Positions 9,304 through 16,900 of a stretch of DNA of 64,000 nucleotides are shown here, piece after piece (within the stretch, counting starts at the first letter, position 1; every line of letters starts with the position of its first letter). The stretch comes from Cytophagales bacterium (lineage in GTDB: Bacteria; Bacteroidota; Bacteroidia; Cytophagales; VRUD01). The DNA is taken from NCBI GenBank assembly GCA_019456305.1, contig VRUD01000001.1, forward strand, positions 9,717 to 73,716. Reading direction: 5' to 3'. The position numbers and the translations under genes are program-made. The notes under the pieces were generated by a model. The model saw only the letters and a program-made list of their open reading frames with translations, searched no databases and had not been told where the DNA came from.

Positions 9304-10611
9304 TTAAAATAATTTCACCACATCATTTCCAATAACAAATGCCATAAAAGAGAATAATATTACCATTCCTATGACCTGTGCATTTATCATAAATTTATCA
9401 CTGAATTTTTTCCCCGAAACTGCTTCAATACTTAAGAAGGCGGCATGCCCTCCGTCTAAGGCAGGTATGGGCAGTACATTGATAAAAGCCAGGATCATAG
9501 ATAACATACCGGTAAGTAACCAAAATTTATACCACACCCATACCCCACCAAAATGTTTAGCAATGTCAATTGGGCCAGACACAGATTTTGAAAATGATAA
9601 TTCACCTCTGATGATCTTGCCAAAAGCTATTATATTTGCAAATAAAATATCCCAGGATTTAGAGTTTCCCTTTACAATAGATTCAAGAAGTCCGTATTCA
9701 ATATGTTTAAATTTAAAATCATCAGTTATTTCGGGGATGAACCCCAATTTACCATCATCATCAACTTGTGCTGATAATTTTATCTCTTTACCCTTTCGGT
9801 CAATTATTAAATTAGCCTTCTGGGCTTTATAATGTCCCAAAATCTCAACAATTTCATCGAAGAAATTAACAGGTTTGCCATTAACGGAAATTATCTTATC
9901 ATTCGCTAATAATCCTGCTTTTTGGGCATTACTACCCGGTATTACTTCTTTCACATAAAAAGTAAAGCGGTAATCAATAAATTTAGTTCCTTTGGTTTCT
10001 TGCATTCTTTCAAGAAAATCAGCAGGCAGAGGGACATCAATCATTTTACCACTTCTCTCTACATTCAGTACAACATTATCACCCAATAGAACTTTAGTGC
10101 TTGTCAGCTCACTAAACCGGTTAACCTTTTGACCATTTATTGCAATTATTTTATCTCCTGTTTGTAAACCGATTTCCTGACCAAGCTTATGGGCAACAAT
10201 ACCATATTTTGCCTGGTCAATCGGTAAGTAATTGTCGCCATATCTAAAAGTCATTAGTGAAAAAATGACAATGCCAAGGATCACATTGACCGTAACTCCG
10301 GCCAACATAACTATCAGCCGCTTCCAGGCTGGTTTGGATCGAAATTCCCAGGGCTGCGGAGGCTTTTTCATCGCGTCAGTGTCCATAGATTCATCGATCA
10401 TTCCGGCAATTTTAACATATCCACCTAACGGTAGCCAGCCAATGCCATATTCAGTATCTCCTTTTTTAAAACTAAAAAGCTTTACTCCCCAGGCATCGAA
10501 AAACAGGTAAAATTTTTCGACTTTAATTCCAAATATCCTGGCAGCTACATAATGACCTAATTCGTGCAAAATGACCAAAATTGATAAGGCCAGAAGCAAC
10601 TGGGCTATCAT
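9304..10611 (-). CDS. rseP: RIP metalloprotease RseP (site-2 protease)
   Basis: HELGHY zinc motif near the N-terminus, PDZ-like middle region, and a C-terminal LPIPALDGG motif. The start MIAQLLLALS (10609-10611) fits family spacing; the alternative start is at 10692. Confidence 0.8.
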   Translation of the reverse strand: MIAQLLLALSILVILHELGHYVAARIFGIKVEKFYLFFDAWGVKLFSFKKGDTEYGIGWLPLGGYVKIAGMIDESMDTDAMKKPPQPWEFRSKPAWKRLIVMLAGVTVNVILGIVIFSLMTFRYGDNYLPIDQAKYGIVAHKLGQEIGLQTGDKIIAINGQKVNRFSELTSTKVLLGDNVVLNVERSGKMIDVPLPADFLERMQETKGTKFIDYRFTFYVKEVIPGSNAQKAGLLANDKIISVNGKPVNFFDEIVEILGHYKAQKANLIIDRKGKEIKLSAQVDDDGKLGFIPEITDDFKFKHIEYGLLESIVKGNSKSWDILFANIIAFGKIIRGELSFSKSVSGPIDIAKHFGGVWVWYKFWLLTGMLSMILAFINVLPIPALDGGHAAFLSIEAVSGKKFSDKFMINAQVIGMVILFSFMAFVIGNDVVKLF

Positions 10612-10717
10612 AGTGGTGACACTTATGACCTTATCAAAATTCAATATTGATATGTCAAGTAATAAGTAAGTGGTATTTATTATTAGTTCCATATTTATTT
10701 AAGTTTTTCAAAGATGC

Positions 10718-11881
10718 CTACGAATTTACTAGTTCCAAGGCTTTATTCCTGGTTTCAGTATCTGTCTCTACATAATCTTCCAAAGACGGGCTGGCAATAT
10801 AGGGTACTTTATCCATACAACTTTCAATAATTTCTGAAATTTTCAGGAAATTTAATTTTTCCTTTAAAAAGGCGCTGACCGCGATTTCGTTGGCTGCATT
10901 TAATATACAAGCCGCGTTACCCCCTTTATTGAGTGCGAAATAAGCAAGGTCAAGGTTTTTGAAAGTATCCAGGTCTGGTTTTTCAAAAGTCAAATTGGGA
11001 TATTCTGTAAAACTGAACCTCGGAAAATCTGATTTTAGTCTGTATGGAAAACTTAAGGCATATTGTATAGGGATCCTCATATCGGGTAGTCCCATTTGAG
11101 CTTTCATAGAGCCGTCTTCAAACTGGACTATGGAATGAATAATTGATTGGGGATGAATGACTACCTCTATCTGGTTCGTTTCCACGTCAAACAACCACTT
11201 TGCCTCGATCACCTCAAAGCCCTTGTTCATTAATGTTGCCGAATCTATGGTGATCTTGGCGCCCATATCCCAATTAGGATGAGCCAAAGCCTTTTCCTTT
11301 GTTACTGTCTTAAGATCGTTTAATTTTTTCCCTCTGAACGGGCCGCCTGATGCGGTTAGAATGATCTTTTGTATGGGGTTATGATCTTCGCCTACTAAAC
11401 ACTGAAAAATTGCTGAATGTTCTGAATCTACGGGTAAAATTTTGACTTGCTTTTCTTCAGCAAGTTTGGTAATGAGCTCGCCTGCCACTACCAGCGTCTC
11501 TTTATTGGCAAGGGCTATTGTTTTACCTGATTCTATTGCTTGTAAGATAGGTTTTAAGCCTATATAACCTACAAGCGCAGTCAATACAATATCAATAGAA
11601 TCAAATTCAACTATTTGTGTCAAAGACTTTTCGCCTGCAAATACTTTAATCCCTTTTGGATCAAGGGCTTCAAAAACCTGTTTGTATTTTGTTTCATTTA
11701 CTATTACAACAGCGTTAGGGTTAAATTCAATCGCCTGCCTGATGAGCAGCTCAGCATTATTATTGGCGGTTAATATTTCTATCACAAAAAAATCAGGATT
11801 ATTACGAATAACATCCAATGCCTGTGTTCCGATAGAACCTGTTGAACCAAGGATGGCGATATGGCGTTTTTTGTTTGTCAT
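10718..11881 (-). CDS. dxr: 1-deoxy-D-xylulose 5-phosphate reductoisomerase
   Basis: ILGSTGSIGTQALDV NADPH-binding start, LANKE, and the DSEHSAIFQC and HPNWxMG motifs. Confidence 0.95.
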   Translation of the reverse strand: MTNKKRHIAILGSTGSIGTQALDVIRNNPDFFVIEILTANNNAELLIRQAIEFNPNAVVIVNETKYKQVFEALDPKGIKVFAGEKSLTQIVEFDSIDIVLTALVGYIGLKPILQAIESGKTIALANKETLVVAGELITKLAEEKQVKILPVDSEHSAIFQCLVGEDHNPIQKIILTASGGPFRGKKLNDLKTVTKEKALAHPNWDMGAKITIDSATLMNKGFEVIEAKWLFDVETNQIEVVIHPQSIIHSIVQFEDGSMKAQMGLPDMRIPIQYALSFPYRLKSDFPRFSFTEYPNLTFEKPDLDTFKNLDLAYFALNKGGNAACILNAANEIAVSAFLKEKLNFLKISEIIESCMDKVPYIASPSLEDYVETDTETRNKALELVNS

Positions 11882-11889
11882 TTGTAATT

Positions 11890-11944
11890 GACGAAGTACG
11901 AAACACGAATGATCCCGAGCACTCGGGATACTTCTTAATTCGTC
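11890..11944. repeat. Hairpin with ACGAA-word arms and a CCCGAGCACTCGGG core variant
   Basis: GACGAAGTACGAAACACGAATG-ATCCCGAGCACTCGGGAT-ACTTCTTAATTCGTC, located between the dxr start and the dehydratase stop. Confidence 0.7.
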
Positions 11945-11961
11945 ATTAGTAAAATGTTGTG

Positions 11962-12285
11962 TTATAACGCATCAATTTTTGCGGCTAAAATAAAATCATT
12001 TTCAGACAAGCCACCGATAGCATGCGTCCATAATACAATTGTTACTTCATTATAATGTATATGAATATCGGGATGATGTCCTTCTTTTTCAGCTAACTCA
12101 GCGAGTGAATTTACAAATTTCATCGCTTCAATGAAATCTTTAAATACAAAGTTGCGTTGAATTTTGGTTTCATCAATCACTTCCCACAGATTTTTAAGCT
12201 GCGAAAGATATTCCCGGATCTCTGTCCCTTTAATAGGAGGAATACCTCCTTCGCATGCCACACATTTTTTTTCAATAAGTTCCAT
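11962..12285 (-). CDS. Pterin-4-alpha-carbinolamine dehydratase
   Basis: EGHHPD...HY..V...WTH signature (EKEGHHPDIHIHYNEVTIVLWTHAIGGLSENDF). Starts with MELIEKKCVACEG at 12283-12285. Confidence 0.85.
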   Translation of the reverse strand: MELIEKKCVACEGGIPPIKGTEIREYLSQLKNLWEVIDETKIQRNFVFKDFIEAMKFVNSLAELAEKEGHHPDIHIHYNEVTIVLWTHAIGGLSENDFILAAKIDAL

Positions 12286-12368
12286 GATATTTGAAGTAAA
12301 AAGTAATTTATCCAGAAAAGAAAACACAAAATTATAAAAAAAAAGTTTGGCATAGGGGTAAAAAATAT

Positions 12369-12376
12369 TATATTTG
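12369..12376 (+). promoter_or_regulatory. Bacteroidota-type -7 box TATATTTG
   Basis: Matches TAnnTTTG and ends 19 nt upstream of the ATG at 12395. Confidence 0.35.
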
Positions 12377-12394
12377 TAAAAAAAAATAAAAATA

Positions 12395-13057
12395 ATGGAA
12401 ACTCAACAAAAACCCATAACGATTTACACAGAAGCCAACCCCAATCCAAACTCGCTGAAGTTTGTCGCTGATTTTATGTTGGCGCCTGAAGGCAGCAGCT
12501 TTGATTATCCCGATGTCAGCAGCGCTGCTGACGCACCATTGGCATTGGCGTTATTTCAGTTCCCGTTCGTAAGGCGTGTGTTTTTTGCATCCAATTTTGT
12601 TACCATCACAAAGGATGAGAATACAAGCTGGGAAGATATTGCTCCTTCGCTTAAAGATTTTATTAAGAGTTATCTTGAAGCAGGAAAGCCAATACCGCGC
12701 AGCAGCCCCCCTCTAACTCCCGGCCCACCTGAATCGGAGAAACGGGGAATCGGAGAAACGGAGAGAAGGAAAACGAAGCAATTCACCGATTCGGTAAGGA
12801 ATAGTGGAGGAGGGGCTCCTGATTCTGAAATAGTAAAGAAAATAAAGAATGTTTTAGAACAGTATGTCCGTCCTGCGGTTGAAATGGATGGCGGCAATAT
12901 TAGTTTTGACTCATTTCAGGATGGTGTTGTTAAGGTAAACCTGCAGGGCGCCTGCAGCGGCTGCCCTTCTTCTGCAATAACATTAAAGCAAGGGATAGAA
13001 AACCTTTTTAAACAGATGGTTCCGGAGGTGAAGGAAGTGGTGGCTGAGGGGGTTTGA
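12395..13057 (+). CDS. Nfu/NifU-like Fe-S cluster scaffold protein
   Basis: Nfu N-terminal domain (NPNSLKF...) and a C-terminal NifU domain with the CSGCPSS pair. The inter-domain linker carries a repeat insertion. Confidence 0.8.
   Translation: METQQKPITIYTEANPNPNSLKFVADFMLAPEGSSFDYPDVSSAADAPLALALFQFPFVRRVFFASNFVTITKDENTSWEDIAPSLKDFIKSYLEAGKPIPRSSPPLTPGPPESEKRGIGETERRKTKQFTDSVRNSGGGAPDSEIVKKIKNVLEQYVRPAVEMDGGNISFDSFQDGVVKVNLQGACSGCPSSAITLKQGIENLFKQMVPEVKEVVAEGV
12728..12807. repeat. CGGAGAAA-word hairpin element in frame in Nfu; homologous to 55450-55605
   Basis: CCTGAATCGGAGAAACGGGGAATCGGAGAAACGGAGAGAAGGAAAACGAAGCAATTCACCGATTCGGTAAGGAATAGTGG. It encodes PESEKRGIGETERRKTKQFTDSVRNSGG. Confidence 0.85.
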
Positions 13058-13083
13058 CTACCCTTAGATGAAAAGTCAGAGAT

Positions 13084-13335
13084 ATGTCTGTAAATTTACA
13101 TCCTCATGCGCTGGAGCGCATGCTATTACGCGGTGCTAATAAGAAAGAGGTAACAGCCACGGTTGAAAAAGGAGAAGTATTTCCTGCGAAATTAGGAAGA
13201 AAGGGTTTCAGGCGTAATTTCTCTTTTAAACAGCAGTGGAAGGGAAGATTTTATGAAACAAAACAAGTCGAAGTTTTTGCCGTAAAAGAAAATGATGATT
13301 GGCTTGTTATAACTGTTATTACCCGTTATTTTTAA
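13084..13335 (+). CDS. DUF4258-like small protein (putative toxin)
   Basis: The N-terminal HPHALERMLLRGANKKEV pattern (HA..RM..RGI..eeV) is typical of DUF4258. 83 aa, paired with the next ORF. Confidence 0.55.
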   Translation: MSVNLHPHALERMLLRGANKKEVTATVEKGEVFPAKLGRKGFRRNFSFKQQWKGRFYETKQVEVFAVKENDDWLVITVITRYF

Positions 13336-13345
13336 AAAAAATATT

Positions 13346-13603
13346 ATGAAATTAACATATGATCCCCGATATAATATCGCTTATATTTACTTCAAAGAAA
13401 AAAAAACAGAAGTTGAGTCTATAAAAATTAGTGATGAAGTAATAATAGATATTGATACTGATGGTAGTATATATGGTATTGAACTACTCAACGCTAATAA
13501 ACAATTATTACAAAATGGGGATAGGGGTAAAGTTCTTTTCGAGAATGAAGCTACAGGTGAAAAAAAAGAATTATCTATCCTGCCTTCAAAAATTTATTCC
13601 TAA
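13346..13603 (+). CDS. DUF2283-like small protein (putative antitoxin)
   Basis: MKLTYDPRYNIAYIYF...IIIDIDTDGSIYGIELLNA pattern. It starts 10 nt after the previous ORF. Confidence 0.6.
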   Translation: MKLTYDPRYNIAYIYFKEKKTEVESIKISDEVIIDIDTDGSIYGIELLNANKQLLQNGDRGKVLFENEATGEKKELSILPSKIYS

Positions 13604-13608
13604 GGTAC

Positions 13609-13715
13609 CTTCGGAAATTTCAGATGGAATATGGGAGGGAATTTCCGAAGTTTTCTTATTCCCAACACAAACTTCGGAAATCTCCTCCCTGCAGGCCACC
13701 TGAGATTTCCGAAGG
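13609..13715. repeat. Two tandem REP-like hairpins (CTTCGGAAAT stems)
   Basis: CTTCGGAAATT at 13609-13619 pairs with AATTTCCGAAG at 13640-13650. CTTCGGAAATCTC at 13672-13684 pairs with GAGATTTCCGAAG at 13702-13714. Confidence 0.75.
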
Positions 13716-13734
13716 TTTCCTGTCGAAACGTTTT

Positions 13735-13858
13735 TTTCTTTAACTTCTACCAAAAAATGAAAATGATTAGGCATCAGACAATATGACCATACATCCAGGT
13801 AATTTGAAAAATATTTATTACAAATACTTGTTTTTAAAAGAGATTTCTTACCTTTCAC
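13735..13858 (-). pseudogene. Relic of an IS200/RAYT-type Y1 (HUH) transposase
   Basis: ..YFSNYLDVWSYCLMPNHFHFLVEVKE.. contains the (C/V)xMPNHxHxL HUH block of REP-associated tyrosine transposases. The N-terminus and the catalytic-Tyr region are missing. Downstream in-frame codons are just the REP hairpins. Confidence 0.5.
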
Positions 13859-13882
13859 CCATTATTAACCTTCACTCCATTA

Positions 13883-13972
13883 GGGCATCTCTAAAAACTA
13901 CACCATACATTCCCCTCTATCAAGAGGGGCAAGGGGTGTGTTTTAAAAAATATGTAGTTTTTAGAGATGCCC
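13883..13972. mobile_element. 90-bp MITE-like element (copy 1), 20-bp perfect TIR GGGCATCTCTAAAAACTACA
   Basis: Identical at 90/90 positions to 49125-49214. It sits between the RAYT relic and the A2M start. Confidence 0.7.
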
Positions 13973-13993
13973 ATTAGATAATTTTTTATAATC

Positions 13994-16900
13994 ATGAAAA
14001 ATTCTATTAAAAACTTAGCAATTGCAGCCACCATGATCCTTGCTGCCTGCAGTGGCGGCAGATTAAAGGTCACTGATAAGAACTTTGCCGAAGAAATCGA
14101 GCTGCGGCAAAACCTGGTCTTTATTTTTAATAAAGACCTGATGCCCGATTCATTGTGTAACCTCTGGAATAAGACCGAATACATAAAATTTACACCTCCG
14201 GTGTTAGGTAAATTTCAATGGACCAGCCCCAGCGAATTAGTATTCTCTCCTGATCTTGGATTTGCTGCCAGCACAGAATATAAGGGTGAGTTTACTGAAA
14301 AATTATTGAATTTTGCAACGAAAGTCAATTCCTTACCGTCTGAACGGATTATTCCCTTCCACACTCCTTACCTTGACTTATTGGGTACAGATATCTTTTG
14401 GGCAAAAACTTCAGGAAAAATACAGGCGCGTATCAACCTGAATTTTAACTATAAGGTAAACCACCAGGAGCTTGCCCGGTTATTACACATAAAGGTTGAT
14501 GGCAAAGAAAGGGATTTTATTATGAACAGCTCCTCCATCGCACATACGATAGAAGTTGCGGTGGATGAACCTGCGGATAAGAAGTTTGATAACCTTTCAT
14601 TGAAAATAGTCATTGACAAAGGTTTAAAATGTATTGAAAGTGATTGGATAAGCAAGGAAAAGATTGAGCTGACAACCAAAATACCCGACAAAGGCAAATT
14701 CCAGATCACACAGGTGACCACCGAACACGATGGCGAACGGGGGATCATTCATGTTTATACCAACCAAGGTGTTGAAGATAAAAATATCAGAAGCCGGGTC
14801 ACTTTTCAGCCATACATTGCCTTCAAAATAGAAAAACTTGAATATGGCTTCCTGGTAAAAGGCGATTTTAAGACAGAAACTACGTATGAATTAACAATTT
14901 CTAAAGATATAAAAGGGATCTTCGGAAGCCGGTTAGGCAAAGACCATGAACAGTTCGTTGTTTTTGGTGAAGTGGAGCCTGACATAAGATTCACTGCTAA
15001 AAAAGCGATCTACCTTACCGGCAAAGGAACAAAAAATGTGGGGATCAAGATCGTCAATATTCCCACGGTTAATGTAAAAATTTACAAGATATATAAAAAT
15101 AATATCCTGGCCTTTCTGAAAAGTTCCGGCGCCTTCAATTACCATGACGACTATTATGATGATTATTATTGGTATGGCAGCTCAAATCTTGGTACATGGG
15201 GCGATGTGGTGCTCGACAGGGACTACAAAACTAAAGACCTCAAAAAGTTAAATGCGGCCAGCTTATTAAACCTGAATTTCCGTGATATTAACCAATTTAA
15301 GGGAATATTTGTAATAGAGGTAAGCTCCAAAGAAGACCGCTGGCTCAAGGCGTCCCAAACTGTTGCCATTTCTGATGTCGGGCTCATTGTTAAAGAAACA
15401 AAGAACGCCATCCTGGTATTTGCCAATTCAATTTTAACGGCAGAACCGTTGGCAGGCATTGATGTTGGATTGGTGAGTTCAAACAACCAGTTTGTTTACA
15501 ATCTAAACACAGATAATGACGGGGTGGCTGTTTTTAAAGACATCCGCAAAAAAGCTGCCGGCTTTAATATTAAAATGGTAACAGCCAGGGATGGCGAAGA
15601 TTTTACCTACCTGCATTTCAGGCAGTCAAAAGTTGAAAATTCAAGATACGAAGTGGGTGGCAGCCGGGAAAATCCTGCCGGCTACCAGGCGTTCATCTAT
15701 GGCGACCGCAATATTTACAGGCCGGGAGAAACCATCCATGTCAACACAATTATCAGGAATGAAAAATGGGAACCTGTGGGGAAGATCCCCATCAAGCTGA
15801 AATTGCTTTTACCCAATGGGAAAGAGTATAGATTGATCAAAGGCAAATTAAACAGCCAGGGTGCATTTGAAACTTCCATTGAGCTGTCTTCATCTACCGT
15901 TACCGGAACCTATACGTTAGAAGTTTATTCTTCAAATGATGTATTGCTGAATTCCGAATATATCAGCGTAGAAGAATTTATGCCCGACAGGATCAAGGTC
16001 AATGTTACCCTCAATAATGTTGTGGACGGGCGTGTGCGTCCATTACATCCGGGTGAAGACCTTGAAGTATCAGCAACTGCCTTAAACCTGTTCGGCCCGC
16101 CTGCTGCGAACAGGAATTATGAGATGGAAATGGTATTTAACAGGAAATATTTTTCGCCTAAAGGACTGCGGGATTATAACTTTTATATCAGCGGCACGGA
16201 TAATACCTCTTTTGACCGGGAATACCGGGAAGGTAAAACAGATGAGAATGGGGTAGCTATTGAGGAATTCCATATCCCTGAAGTATATGAAAACATGGGA
16301 ATGCTTTCAGGCAAAGTATATGTAACCGTATTTGATGAAACAGGCAGGCCTGTTAACAGGATCAATAGCTTCGATGTGGTCACGCAGGATGTTTTCTATG
16401 GTATCAAATATTTTGATACTTATGTTGCCACTAATAAGGCGTTGAGAATACCGCTCATTGCAATTAATAATGATGGAACGGTGTTGCAGAATATTCCGGC
16501 AAGGGTACAGATCATCAAAAGAACGTGGCATACCGTAATTGAGAAGCGAAGATCAGGAAAGTACCGTTATGTTTCTCAAAAGAAAGAAGAAGTGATGGAA
16601 GAGAGAATGATGGATATCAGCGGTATAAAAACATATTTTGCTTATAAGCCCACTATTTCCGGTGAATATGAAGTCAGGATTAGCAAGCAGGGAACAGATT
16701 CCTATGTAAAACAATATTTCTATGCCTATGGCTGGGGACGTACCGAATCCACATCATTTGAAGTTGACAAAGAAGGGCAGGTTACCATTGAGCTGGATAA
16801 AGACAAGTATAAGGTTGGTGACGATGCAAAGATACTGTTTAAAACGCCATTTTCTGGAAAGCTGCTGGTAACTGTAGAAAGAAATAAAGTTTTTGATCAT

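Noticed and set aside
12177-12449. 90-aa ORF overlapping the divergent promoter region of the dehydratase and Nfu genes.
   Set aside because: It overlaps both real genes' 5' ends, is Phe/Leu-rich from AT-rich DNA, and has no motif.
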